A program made the position numbers and the translations under genes. A DNA stretch of 64,000 bases from assembly GCA_951406725.2 (NCBI GenBank), contig OX597821.1, forward strand, positions 97,340,001 to 97,404,000, given 5' to 3'. How positions within the stretch are numbered: position 1 is the first letter of the stretch; the number at the start of each line of letters is the position of its first letter. The DNA comes from Octopus vulgaris. Its lineage: Eukaryota. The notes under the pieces are model-generated. The model saw only the letters and a list, made by a program, of their open reading frames with translations. It searched no databases and had not been told where the DNA came from. Shown here piece by piece: positions 42,081 through 55,155 of this stretch.

Positions 42081-43272
42081 GCTAAAGATTCTGCCAGATC
42101 ACCATCCTAGTCATGTCCTTAATATTATGTATTTGTATAATGCAGCAAGCTAGCAGAATCATTAGTGTACCTGGCAAAATGCTTTGTGGTATTTCATCCT
42201 TCTTCGTGTTCTGAGTTCAAATTCTGCGAGTGTCAACTTTGCCTTTCATACTTTCAGGATCTATAGAATAAGTACCAATGGAGCACTGAGGTCAATCTAA
42301 TCAACTTAGTCCCGCCTTTGAAATTGCTGGCCTTGGGCTGAAATTTGAAACCAATATTATATATTTGTGTAAAAAAAACTGCTCCCCTATTTACAAAAAT
42401 GTATGTGCATGTATACTAATGTTTGTTTTTAAGTATTGTTATATACCACGTAAAAAAGCACTGGTGATGGTGCTACATAAAAGGCATCCAGTACACTCTG
42501 CAAAGTGATTGGTGTTAGGAAGGGCATCCAGCCATAGAAACCAAACCAAAATAGACTGGTATGTCTCCTGGCCTTGCCAGTTCCTGTCAAGCCATCAAAC
42601 CCATGCTAGTATGGAAAATGAACATTAAATGTTAATGATATATAAAAACAGTCAAATTTTAGGTTGAATACTTTTCAGTAGAGTAACTTATTTATATTTT
42701 TTTACGGGGGATACTTAGATAATTCCTTCAATGTTTCCCTTTCGTTGGACTGACCAGTAAAAGCTACATAGTCAAAATTTCAAAATAACTGTCAGCCTTT
42801 TCTTTCTAAAATTTATTTGACTAAAAATAGGCATTACTGTGTATTTAACAAGTTTGCTTCCCAAAATCAAGATTTTGTATTCAATCCCATTACAGTGTTT
42901 TCTATTATAGTCCTGGGCTGACCAAAGCATTGTGAGTTGATTTGGTACACGGAAAATAAAAGAAACCCATTGTATTTATGTTTGGATATGTGTGTGTGTG
43001 AGAGAGCAAGAGAGAGTAGTTTGCATTTCTCAAGTCAACATGTATTTGACAGTTTGTAAACAATGGCTTTGCTAATGATGTCATCTGCTTGCAGTTCCTT
43101 ACATAAAGTATGTCCAGGCTGTTTGTTGCTTGATAGACTGGGAGATTACTACCTCATTTGGGAAAGCATTGGGGTTGGTGTTGAAAATGTCATCAAGTCA
43201 TAGAAAACTGCCCCAAATTATACTATTGTCTAACCTATGGAACCATGCAAAGGTAGAGGTGTTAAAGGTAAA

Positions 43273-43309
<37 letters not shown>

Positions 43310-43834
43310 CTCACATGCATATAAATTTCAGTTAAAGGATTCGTTAGGATTTGAGTCTCATCAGCATGTAGAATTTTAACGATTGGCTAGAAGAATCACA
43401 CAGAGTAGACAATGAAATAATCTATCAATATACATTCCCATTATTCAGAATTGGCTACTGCTGTTGGGTAATTCTCAATTCCAATTATTTACCAATGATC
43501 TGATTACTAAGAGTTCCCCTAGTAATCGGATCATTGGTGTATGTGTGTGTGTGTGTCTGTCTGTCTGTTTGTGTGTTTGTGTGTGTGTGTGTGCGTGTGT
43601 GTGTGTGTGTGTGTGTTTTTGTGTGTGTGTTAGGAAGGCCATCCAGCCATAAAAAACCATGTTAAAACAATCAATGAAGCATGGTGCAGTCTTCTGTCTA
43701 GCCAGCACCTGTCAAACCGTCCAACCCATGCCAGCATGGAAAGCAGACATTAAATGATGATGATGATGATATTTGCTTTATTCTACATTGTCTTAGTTCC
43801 CCTTAGCTGTAGATTAAAATAGGTTCCATCAGAA

Positions 43835-44175
43835 TGTTTGGGCAACGCAACTGTAATCTTTCGTGGAAGCGTCATCCAACCAAAATGCAAATATATGGGA
43901 AACTACCGCCTGTGTCATCTCTTGTGAAAGGTAGGAGAGTCCAGTTTGCTGGACATTGTTGTAGAGCTGAAAACGAGGCAATTTCTACTCTTCTCCTCTG
44001 GAAGCCATCTACTCGCAATACCAGAGGGCGCACACTCTCCTACCCTGATGTAATCTCCAGGGATACAGGCATCCAGCAACAGGACCTCCGTAATGCTATG
44101 ATGGACCGTGAAGTCTGGCATAGCATGGTAAATTCCATTGTCTCGACCATAGTTGAACAATGATGATGATGATGT
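43835..44175 (+). mobile_element. RTE-clade LINE 3' fragment
   Basis: NLSWKRHPTK..IYGKLPPVSSLVKGRRVQFAGHCCR..LLLWKP..DREVW-stop followed by (TGA)n. Confidence 0.85.
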
Positions 44176-44696
44176 AATTGCATATGTCTTATTCAGGAAG
44201 AGATTTATTCCCCAACATAGCATATGTGGGTCACAACACTTTATTCTATATTACATCAGTACACCTAACTGTTGATGATAACAGGTACCAGGTCATCTGG
44301 TAGATCTTTCCAAGGTTTATCTCCTAACAGCTCCCCACTGTGAAAGAAGAGCCTTGTGACACAGAACAAGGCTTATATTTCATGGTGTCTTACATAACAT
44401 GAAGTTATGATGTCTGTATATCATAATTAGCTGAAATATCATATGATCAAAAAAATGTACTTTTTAACTCTGTTGCAAATGACCTGACATATAAGACACA
44501 CAGACACACACGCACGCACGCACAGTTTGAATCATAGGATACATTTATGTGTGTGTGCATGTGCGTGTATGTGTGTGCATGTGCGTGTTGTGTGAGTGTG
44601 TGTGCGTGTGAGTGTGTGTGTGTGTATGTGTGTGCATATGCGTGTTGTGTGTGTGTGTGTGCATGTACGTGTTGTGTGAGTGTGTTGTGTGAGTGT

Positions 44697-44729
<33 letters not shown>

Positions 44730-45417
44730 AGTGTGTGTGTGTGTGTGCATGTGCGTGTTGTGTGAGTGTGTGTTGTATGTGTGCGTGCGTGTGAGTGTGT
44801 GTGTGTGTGTGTGTTGTATACATGTGAAATGGTGCATCTTATACAACAACCCATTCCTTCGCTAGAAATGCTAAGTGTTTACGTGGGAAGATGCCAACAA
44901 TCGATTCTTAATCTTTAGATCTATTTTATTTATTGATACTGATGATTCAAACTTGTTTTCATTATTGTTGTTGTTGTTGCTGCTGCTACTGCTAGCTGCT
45001 GCTTTTTGGGGTTTATATTTTCACCAACTCAGAAAACAGTAAAGCACATAGATTCACTGATCATAGCCCAGCCTAACATATTACATTTATGTTAATGTAG
45101 AAGATGACCATAGCTACCACAAACCATTAGGTTTATGAAGGTCAGTACAGAAACCTTTAACCTCCTGTACTGTATCTTAGGTGAAGTCAGTAACCACATG
45201 CCCATCTATATCTAATTATTCTTCCAGCTGTAAAAATTACCATTATACAGAGAATTGGTATTGAACTCAGTACTCTAAACTTCTGAATCACTAATGATTC
45301 CTGTCCCGCTGCTGCTGTCTTCTCTCTTTTTTTCTCCTTCTCTTTTCCACTCTCTCTCTCTCGCTCCCTCTCTCTCCATCTCTTTCTCTGTGTGTGTGCA
45401 TATATATATATATTTAT

Positions 45418-45595
45418 AGGCGCAGGAATGGCTGTGTGGTAAGTAGCTTGCTTACCAACCACATGGTTCCAGGTTCAGTCCCACTGCGTGGCACTTTGGG
45501 CAAGTGTCTTCTGCTATAGCCTCGGGCCGACAGCCTCGGGCCGACCAATGCCTTGTGAGTGGATTTGGTAGACGGAAACTGAAAGAAGCCTGTCA

Positions 45596-45630
<35 letters not shown>

Positions 45631-45850
45631 ATATGTTTGTGTGTCTGTGTTTGTCCCCCTAGCATTGTTTGACAACCGATGCTGGTGTGTTTACGTTCCC
45701 GTCACTTAGTGGTTCGGCAAAAGAGGCCGATAGAATAAAGTACTGGGCTTACAAAAAATAAGTTCCGGGGTCGATTTGCTCGACTAAAGGCGGTGCTCCA
45801 GCATGGCCACGGTCAAATGACTGAAACAAGTAAATGAGAAAAGAAAAAGA
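45418..45850 (+). mobile_element. SINE family B, full length
   Basis: Complete head, CORE-like segment and tail, with a small internal duplication of agcctcgggccgac. Confidence 0.9.
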
Positions 45851-45877
45851 GATATATGTGTGTGTGTGTGTGTGTAC

Positions 45878-46230
45878 AAGAATAAGCACATAAATGTGAA
45901 ACAAGGTGATAAAAATAGTACTCGAATACCAGAGGTAGAGTAATATGCTTTATTATAATTAAAGCTGCAATGACATCACAAAAACTATTACTTAGAGTTT
46001 CACGTTCCCGTTTATCTGACAGTTTTAGTTGAGAACCAAGATTGTCCGATGAATGGGAATATGAAACACTGAGTAAGAATTTGAACCAAAGTTGCCCAAT
46101 GAACAGGCATGTGAAACTCTGAGTAGTAGTTTTTGTGATGTCTTTGCAGCCTTATTAATAAAGTGTGTATATATATATATTTATATATATGTATATATAT
46201 ATGTATGAGAGTGGTTATTAATAAAGTGTA
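45878..46230. mobile_element. Family H2 palindromic element with three hammerhead-like motifs
   Basis: One minus motif (45986-46021) and two tandem plus motifs (46042-46079, 46091-46130) inside inverted arms at 45948-46162. Confidence 0.75.
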
Positions 46231-46234
46231 TATA

Positions 46235-46465
46235 AGGCGGCGAGCTGGCAGACACTTTAGCGCGCCGGGCAAAATGCTTAGCGGTATTTCGTCTGTCGTT
46301 ACGTTCTGAGTTCAAATTCCGCCGAGGTCATCTTTGCCTTTCATCCTTTCGGGATCGATAAATAAAGTACCAGTTTCGCACTGGGGATGATATAATCGAC
46401 TCAATCCCTTCGTCTGTCCTTGTTCGTCCCCTCTATGTTTAGCCCCTTCTGGGCAGTAAAGAAAT
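46235..46465 (+). mobile_element. SINE family A, full length
   Basis: Near-consensus copy. Confidence 0.85.
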
Positions 46466-46516
46466 ATATATATATATATATATCAAATAAAGTCAAAAAC
46501 AGAGCACAAAGGATGT

Positions 46517-46609
46517 TGTGGTACACATGTTTCAAGCTTTATAAACGACCTATTCTTACATCAGTGTATGATAGATATAAAGGATGGTTTAAAGCTCTCT
46601 TCAGCCGCA
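46517..46609 (-). ncRNA. Type I hammerhead ribozyme motif, core intact, long stem II
   Basis: tgcgg CTGAAGA GAGCTTTA...TAAAGCTT GAAAC ATGT GTA ccaca. Confidence 0.75.
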
Positions 46610-47161
46610 TGCATTGTTATTCCAAAGAGTTACATCACACTATGAAAAATATGAAAAGTACATGTAGTATTATCCATAATGATAGGTATATCATATCTCC
46701 CTAAGTGAGTGTATTTGTAAAATTTCATAACCAAATAGGCATGTAGGGTATCATTGGATTTCGAAAATCTGTCCATACCGTATCACCAGTCAACATAGAG
46801 TCATATATATGGCCAAGTGGTTAGTGTACTGCAATCATCATCATGAGATCGTGGTTTCAATTCCTAGACCTGGTAGTGCATTGCATTCTTGAGCAAAACA
46901 CTTCATTTCATGTTGCTCTGTGATCACTTTGACACCTAAGACATGGTACATCGTGCACCTGTTCAGACAACGTCAATTTGATGGAGAGAGTGAACTAATG
47001 TACGGCACAAGCATTTGATCACTATAAACAAATCATTTGTGCAGGTCATTCAGCAAAAGCTGAACGCTCATACATCATCTTCAACAGGAGAATCCATTCC
47101 ATCATATATATATATATATATATATATAATCAAAATAAGCAACAAGAATGACTCCGGTAAT

Positions 47162-47247
47162 TTGGTACGATTGTTTCGTACTACATCATTTTATTAAATG
47201 TTGTAAGTATTACAACAGTTTTAAAATGCTGAGCACTCATCAGCCAA
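47162..47247 (-). ncRNA. Type I hammerhead ribozyme motif, canonical core, extended stem II hairpin
   Basis: ttgg CTGATGA GTGCT...tgttgtaa tac ttacaaca...AGTAC GAAAC AATC GTA ccaa. Predicted cleavage between 47166 and 47165. Confidence 0.8.
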
Positions 47248-47698
47248 TTATAGAGGTTTTCCATTAGCTTTCCATGCTGGCATGGGTTGGACGGTTCAAC
47301 TGGGGTCTGGGAAGCCAGAAAGCTGCACCTAACGCCAACCACTCCGTGAGTGTAGTGGGTGCTTTTATATGAGAAAGAAAATGTAATTCACAAGATTCTT
47401 CATTCACTACATTGTGCATCAGTCCCTCGTAGATGAAATGCTGTACAAATAATTGCGGTGCATCATTCCATGCAGATGTGACTTGTCAAAATGTACCTCG
47501 TTCTTTAATCTCTGTTTTGCTTATTTCAATCAGAATACATTTTGGTAGTTGTCTGTAGCTACTCGCATGCATAAAGGAATTCCTGAAGTAAATCCAGTGG
47601 CATTTAAATCCATACTGCTGATAACATCAGGCAGTTGAATTCAGGGAACAGGCTTTAAATTGCATACTACAAAGTGTATACCCAAATTTGTAATTACA

Positions 47699-47734
<36 letters not shown>

Positions 47735-47738
<4 letters not shown>

Positions 47739-48020
47739 CGTGACCAACCAGGCTATCAGATGTTGCTACACATCGCTGGTCACAATACGTTTCGCATTGT
47801 TTTAGCCTTTAAATGACGCCACCCTGCTGGCTAAGCGAGCAGGCCAGCAGAAGAAAGAGTGAGAGAAAGTTGTGGCGAAAGAGTACAGCAGGGATCGCCA
47901 CCACCCCCTGCCGGAGCCTCGTAGAGCTTTAGGTGTTTTCGCTCAGTAAACACTCACAACGCCCGGTCTGGGAATCGAAACCGCGAGTCCGCTGCCCTAA
48001 CCACTGGGCCATTGCACCTC

Positions 48021-48023
<3 letters not shown>
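47735..48023 (-). mobile_element. tRNA-derived SINE family D inside (TA)n
   Basis: The head tggaggtgcaatggcccagtggttagggcagcggac has a B-box. Matches 50412-50711. Confidence 0.85.
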
Positions 48024-48057
<34 letters not shown>

Positions 48058-48252
48058 AAAAGTCAGGGTACAATATGTACCTGTTTGCATATTCATATAG
48101 TACCCTGGCTTTTTATTATTTTACAACATATAATTTATTTGTAGTGCTATGTTTTTAAAAAATTTCAACATCTTTATCTCATGCAAATTATTATATCTTT
48201 ATATTATACAATTATTCATGCATCCATCTTTCTCTATTTTCTTCCTTTCAAG

Positions 48253-48283
<31 letters not shown>

Positions 48284-50164
48284 AAAAACAGCTACTTGCA
48301 ATGTTATACTGTAAAGGAAAATTATAGTCATCAACTATGGTGTGGGTGCTGGTGACATGTAAAAAGCACTGGTGCTGGCGTCACATAAAAAGCACCCTGT
48401 ACACTCTGTAATGTGGTTAGCATTAGGAAGGGCATCAAGCTATAGAAACCAAACCAAAACAGATAATTGAACCTAGTGCAGCCCTTGGTCTTGTCAGTTC
48501 CTGCCTAGCCGTCGAACCCATGCTACAGCATGGAAAATGGACATTGTGTGTTGATGAGGATTGATGATGATACACACACACTATCATCATCAATTTAACA
48601 TCCACTTGTCCATGCTTACATGGATCAGGTGGATTTTGTTGGCTGTTTAAGTGAGTCTCTATTTTCCTTGATCTTTGTGTATATTTACTGATTGTAAACA
48701 AAAGGCTCATTCAAACAGTGTTGTTTGTTTCCCATTCTCAGTGTAACCATTGTCCAATCTCTTCATTGTTTGTGAGACTAGGTGATTATTACTTTGCTTG
48801 GAAACAGGCGAAGGTTGGCATTAGGAAGGGTACCTGGTCATAAAAACTCTGATCCAATGTTGTTTCATTCAACTCATTCAAGTATGGAAAAGTGAATGTC
48901 AAAATGATGATGATGATGGATATTGATGGTGATGCTGATAATGATAATGATAGTTATATACTTTCATACATGTGTGTGTGGGTGTATCTATCTGTTTAGC
49001 TATGTGTCTCTCTATGCATCTACCTATCTGTCTATAAGTTCATGCCGGAATTTGTAAGTGTCTATGCATGTAGATATGTTTGATGTATCATAAATAATAG
49101 CTTTTGTTAGTTTTTTTTTTTATCTACCAGGGCACAAAACCATTTATTCCTACAATTGAATTCCAATTCTAAAGTAACTGGTACTAAACAGACCTGTTCT
49201 CTTCATAGAAAATGCAAAATAAAAGTCATTATCAATGAAGTGAAAGTTGAATCTTTGGAAAGTGATACAGGAATAAACTGTGATACGAGTGTTGGTATGA
49301 GTGACTGGCATTGGTTAGAGTGAATGCAGCTACAAAAGTTGTTGCATGATTCACAAATATATGTTTATGAATGATGGAAAGTAAACCACTTCAGCCTTTT
49401 CCAGTTACATATGGCATTTGAAAGAATGGTGTTTTGACAAGTTTAACGTTAAATGGTCAATCATTGGGCAGAGCTTGCATTGCTATGTACACCTTGAGAA
49501 ATACCACAAATATACAAAACCAACATGAGTTTTCATTTGTGAAAATGTAGATAATGTCAGAGGCCGATCACAAGATCAAGTCTCTAACTGGCATAACATG
49601 ACAAAACAATAAAAAAGTAGATTGTTTGGATGTTTGCAACACATTCCTCCTTACCACTGTGTACTGACAAGTAAAAGGTTAATATTAGAAACATTACTTT
49701 GTTGATTGTTGATATAACATTTATAGCTTGACATCCATTCCATCACAAAAACTGAAGTAATGGATAAGTACTTAACTGTAGGTGTAATATAATATAAAGT
49801 TATATATGCTGTGTGAGATAAACAGGTAATATGTACACCTGAAATGCAGTTTTTGTTCAATCAGTTAAAAATATACATCAGTAGATGGAAAGTAACAAGA
49901 TGACCCATTGTAACATTTCCCAGCATGCTGATGTATTACAGTGAACCAGCATTAGGATTATACGCACAGTATCATGAAGTAACATCCCCTGGGTGAACAT
50001 TGAAGGATAATGGAGTTCTAAATATATGTCCTAGTTAGGGGAACAGTAATATCAATATATATATATATGTAACTGGTTACATGTCCTACTTGACAAAGCA
50101 CTAGTACCAAACTATACAAGCTCTCTCTCTATATATAGATATATATATATGTTTGTATACATAT

Positions 50165-50345
50165 AAAATGAGGATTGTTGGTGATTTCTTTCCTCTGTTT
50201 TCCTTTTCTCTTGGACTTCCTGTTTCAGAAGAGGAGCTTTGCTTGAAATGTAAAACACCCTTTCTTTCCTTCCCTGAGCATCTTTTAATACTTTCCATGT
50301 ACTACGTCCTCACGTTGTTGTTTTTTCTTGTGTTTTATTAATTAT
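50165..50345 (+). mobile_element. Family H1 element, HHR-like motif at 50221-50257
   Basis: tgttt CAGAAGA G GAGC TTT GCTT GAAAT GTA aaaca. Confidence 0.65.
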
Positions 50346-50374
50346 ATATTTTTTATACTAATTATATATATTTT

Positions 50375-50411
<37 letters not shown>

Positions 50412-50412
<1 letters not shown>

Positions 50413-50708
50413 ATCACGTGACCGACCAGACCATCAGATGTTGTTACACATCGCTGGTCACAATGCATTTGCATTGTTTTAGCCTTCGAATGACGCCACC
50501 CCGCTGGCTAAGCGAGCAGGCCAACAGAACAAAGAGTGTGAGAAAGAGTGGTGAAAGAGTAAAGCAGGGATCACCACCCCCTGCCAGAGCCTCGTGGAGT
50601 TTTTAGGTGTTTTCGCTCAATAAACACACACAAAGCCCGATCTGGGGATCAAAACCGCGATCCTGCGACCGCTAGTCCGCTGCCCTAACCACTAGGCCAT
50701 TGCGCCTC

Positions 50709-50711
<3 letters not shown>
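50412..50711 (-). mobile_element. tRNA-derived SINE family D inside (TA)n
   Basis: Second copy of 47735-48023. Confidence 0.85.
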
Positions 50712-50744
<33 letters not shown>

Positions 50745-50748
<4 letters not shown>

Positions 50749-50920
50749 AATTAAATACACAACATTGACAATAACAATAACAAACAGCAAGGAGTACACA
50801 TGGAATATATTAGTTTGATGCTCGGTAAAAAGAAAGAGTTTTTGATGTTTTGAGCATAGCTCTTCATCAGAAAGGGAAAAGAGAAAAGTCCAAAGAAGAA
50901 AAAAGTCACCAACAGCATAT
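50745..50920 (-). mobile_element. Family H1 element, HHR-like motif at 50841-50874
   Basis: ttt CTGATGA A GAGC TAT GCTC AAAAC ATC aaa, two CpG-type changes away from GAAAC GTC. Confidence 0.65.
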
Positions 50921-51008
50921 GTGTATATTATACACACACACACAAACACTCACACACACACATATATATGTGTATAGAAAGAGAGAGTGAGAGAGAAAAT
51001 TTTATATA

Positions 51009-51660
51009 TGAGTGGAGGTCAAAAATTATCCACAGTTTTGCCATAACATATCTTTATAATTGTCACACTGCCTTCTGGACATGTGTGCTTATTGTTGGTA
51101 CTATTGTGGTTACGTGATCAAGGCTTGAGCCTGATCGCACCACTTTTCTTTCTGGCTTTACAGTGTAAGTATGACCACTCCACTAGCAATGTGCACCAAA
51201 AAAGAACAGAGAGCAGTGGTGTGAGAGATGGTAATGGTGAACCAGTTCACCATTACCATCTCTCAAGCTTGCTGAATCTTCTTGTCTGGCATCCTGCTCC
51301 CTCTTCATGCATCAAGCTTGTCCAGCCACTTTTAAACATCTCAATCCACTCATACACACCTCTACGTGATAGTGCACTGTCTCCGTATCGCGCTAAAAGC
51401 CTCCGATGAATTTCAGCACCTGACACACCTTCTGACCAGAGAAATCAAATCACTGCTCTGTGTTCTTTTTTGGTGCACATTGCTAGTGGAGCGGCCATGC
51501 TTACACTGTAAAGCCAGAAAGAAAAATGGTCCAATTAGGCCCAAACTTCGATCACATGACCACAATAGTACCAACTATAAGCATGACTGTGCAGAAGGCG
51601 GTGTGACAATAATAAAGATATGTGATGGTGCAAGTGTGGATAATATTTGACTTCCCCTTG
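51009..51660. mobile_element. Palindromic mariner derivative made of two 5' ends
   Basis: TA-flanked with about 200 bp inverted arms, each containing the transposase start (PLAMCTKKEQRAV). The minus arm continues FLWSEGVSGAEIHRRLLARYGDSALSRRGVYEWIEMFKSG (mariner HTH). Confidence 0.85.
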
Positions 51661-51666
51661 TACATA

Positions 51667-52568
51667 TTAGAGGGTACCCAAAAGTAACCAGAAACATTTG
51701 CTGTGAGACAAATACATTGTAGTTCAGGCTTCCACCACTAGAAGCCACTTGATGTGACCGTCAGGCATCAGTCTACTGACTGGCATCATTGGGTGGACTC
51801 GTACTGCCATGTGGTGCATCGTTGTTTTGCAGTGCTTCTCCCCTGTTCATCGATTTTTGCGATGGCTGAAATGAAGGAATATTAAATTCTGTTTTCTGCT
51901 CTGGAAAATGGTGACCAAAGCAGTTGTCATGCTTGAAACAGCTTATAAGGATGCTGCCATGAGCAAAACACAAGTTTATAAGTGGTTTCCTTGCTTTAGG
52001 AATGGTCACTTGTTGCTTGAGGACAAACCCCATTCAGGATGACAGTTGACCTCCCAAACGAATGAAAACGTCATGAAAATTCATGAATTGATCTTGAGGA
52101 ACCATCACCAAACAATTGATGGAGATGTTGTTATGACTGGTGTGTCCTGGAGCTCCTGTCAACGAATTTTGAGTGAGGAATTGCAAATGAAAAGAGTCAC
52201 AGCAAAATTTGTGCCTCGCTTAGTCATGAAAGATCAAAAGCAGTCATGGACTGAATGTATGTTGTTAACTGAAAGAACAGTTGGAAGTTGATCCAAACCT
52301 TTTTTTCAAAGGTCATCACTGGTGATGAAAGCTGGTTCTATGGAATCTGCAGATGTGGAAGATGTGAAGACAAAAAAAAGATGAAGGTATTAAAAGGCAT
52401 CACTTTGTAAAAAGTTCCAGCATTGCTTCAAACAGTGGAAAACACACCTGGACTGATGCGTTGCTTCAAATGGAGAATACTTTGAAGGCAACAAAAAGTG
52501 TAAACATGTAAAATTAAGTGAATAAAAATAATACTGCAAAATTCCAGTTGCTTTTGGGTACCCCCTCG
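51667..52568 (+). mobile_element. Internally deleted mariner transposon
   Basis: TIRs gggtacccaaaag / cttttgggtaccc with TA flanks. Translates to IKFCF..AYKDAAMSKTQVYKWF, KRVTAKFVPRL, VITGDESWFYG and CVASNGEYFEG. Confidence 0.9.
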
Positions 52569-54280
52569 TATATATATTATAAAAAATTCCTTTTTGGAAT
52601 TGAGGATTTCAAAATAAATAAAGCTATAAGTAATAATGTGTAAATATTGAGTTTAAAAAACCCCTTTGGATAGAAGGTCATAGGCTGCTCCTGTAAATAT
52701 GAGGGGCATTGTTCATTCAACATTTTCTGTCCAAAAAGATTTTTTAGCCCTAAATTATTTTTTGACTTTATCTGTTTTAAGATCCATTATTCCAAAAAAG
52801 AATTATTTCACATTCTCTCAAAGTTTATAAATTCTTATGGTGTCAATAATATATTCCATGAGCTGGCAGAATTGTTAGCATACTGGGCAAAATGTTTAGT
52901 GAAATTTTGTCTGTCTTTATTTTCTGAGTTCAAATCTCACTGGGATCAATTTTGCCTTTTATCTTTTCGGGGTTGATAAAATAAATACTAATTGAGTACT
53001 GAGGTTGATGTAATTGACTTAGCCCCTTCCCTCAAACTGCTGGCCTTGTGCCAAAATTTGAAACCAGTATGTTTTAGTGCATAGTTTTTTGTGATAGTAA
53101 CTCAGTTTCCAACATTTTATCTCAGTTTCAAGAGTTTAAGAGTTAACTTTAGTTGGTCATTGTAACAAGAGAGAGAATATTCTTGTGATTTTTTTTCCCA
53201 GTTGCTAGTTCATGATGAGGATTTGATGAGGAAAGCTCTCTTCCTTCATTCAAACCATTTGTTCAGAACCAATGTAGTCAGTGTTTCATGATAAGGTATT
53301 CTATGTTTTAACTGTTGGCTTTTTCTAGAACAGCATTGCTGATTATGTATTCCTCCATTTGAGGTTTAAGATTGGAAGAAATATGTGTTCATTTGATTTT
53401 AATGTCCATTTTCAAAGCCAGCAACATGCATGTTATTTAGGCATTGTCAGACATCCCCCCTGCTCGCCCAGACTTGCTTTTCACATAAGGGAACTCTTAT
53501 TTAACACATCTTTCAAGATACAAAGCAAACAGAGGATTTGTTAACAGGAAAAATGACATCAATGTTTGTAGCAAACAATTTTCAAAGAAGGGCAAATGTA
53601 AACAAACACATTGACACACACATGCACACATGCAAACACACACATGCATATATACAGGTGATCACATGAATATACACAAGACACACTCCTGCATATACAT
53701 ATACAGTTACATATACTATATGCTTCTTTCAGTTTCTGCCTATCAAATCTATTGATAATGCTTTGATCAGCTCAGGCTATTGTAGAAGATACATATTCAA
53801 GGTGGTGCACTGTGGGAAATTCTTGTTTGGAATGGTGAATCTCAAAGAAAATGAAGCTATGAATAGTAGCATATAAATATTGGATTGAATAATAACCCTT
53901 GTATAGAAAAGGATGAAGGCTTTATCCATGGATTGCTTTTAACCCAATGTTTGCATGTTACCAATTATAGCTTTATTTGCTTCAAAATTCCCCATTCCAG
54001 AAAAAATTATGTCCTTTCAAAAGTTTCTAAATTTTTATGACATCAATAAAAAGGTGGTGAGCTGGTAGAATCATTAGCATGCTGGGCAAAATGCTTGGTG
54101 GTATTTTGTTTGTCTTTATATTCAGAGTTCAAATGCTGCTAGGGTTGATTTTGCCTTTCATTATTTTAGGATTAATAAAATAAGAACTAGTTGATCACTG
54201 GGGTGAGTATAACCAACTGACTCACACCACTGAAATTGCTGGCTTTGTGCCAAAATTTGAATTGAATAAAATATGCATAT

Positions 54281-54344
<64 letters not shown>

Positions 54345-54346
<2 letters not shown>

Positions 54347-55113
54347 GGTGGTGGAAATTGGTGTGTGTTTGTTTGTGGCATTGTTATCTAGCTCCTCCTT
54401 CATCGTTCTATTGATTTTGATGAAACTTGACACATGAGTAGAACTCATGTCTGGAAACTTCGTGACATACTTAGATTTTTGAAAAAAATCGATAATAGGG
54501 CCCATCCAATGGATCCTCCTATCTACTACATATTACTATTATTTTATTTAAACAACCCAAGGGAAATAACCCATACCACATGCACATTTTAGCGAAGCAT
54601 TCAATATTTGATTCTCATGGTCAGCCGACCTAATTCTGCATTTCACTATTCACAGTATTGAACTACTAAACATTATTATTGCACTTCCTTAATTTGAATC
54701 TCTTCACTCATACATTTCTATACATACATACTTTTTTTAATGCCCATTACTCCGATAATTCTGCCTTTTTACTGTTGCACTTTCTCCATGACAGTAGATA
54801 CATTTTTTTTCCACAACATACTTGTAGTGGTTTCATGTAGGCATAGTGTGGATTCGATCCTCGATTGCCAAATTTCACTTAGCACTTCAACAGTGCTTTT
54901 CTCACGGTAAAACAATAGTTTTTCTGTGAACGACAACCTCTCTCCACAACATCTGACAACCTCTCCCTTCTCCAGGTGACAGTTTTTGTACATTTTCATG
55001 ATGGAAAATACTCCTTTTGTGGCAGTTATAACGAAATTGCTTTCCTATATCGGAGTAATAGGGCGTTTCAATAGAACATCTTTACCCCCAGGAATTACTG
55101 GGTACACCAGCTA

Positions 55114-55114
<1 letters not shown>
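54345..55114 (+). mobile_element. Probable non-autonomous Helitron with a nested TIR element (54742-55065)
   Basis: 3' cccaggaattactggg hairpin followed by CTAG|T. The 5' end is obscured by (TA)n. Internal inverted repeat gcccattactccgata / tatcggagtaatagggc. Confidence 0.6.

Positions 55115-55152
<38 letters not shown>

Positions 55153-55155
<3 letters not shown>

Noticed and set aside
54769-54999. 76 aa ORF inside the nested TIR element
   Set aside because: No recognisable transposase motif could be supported.
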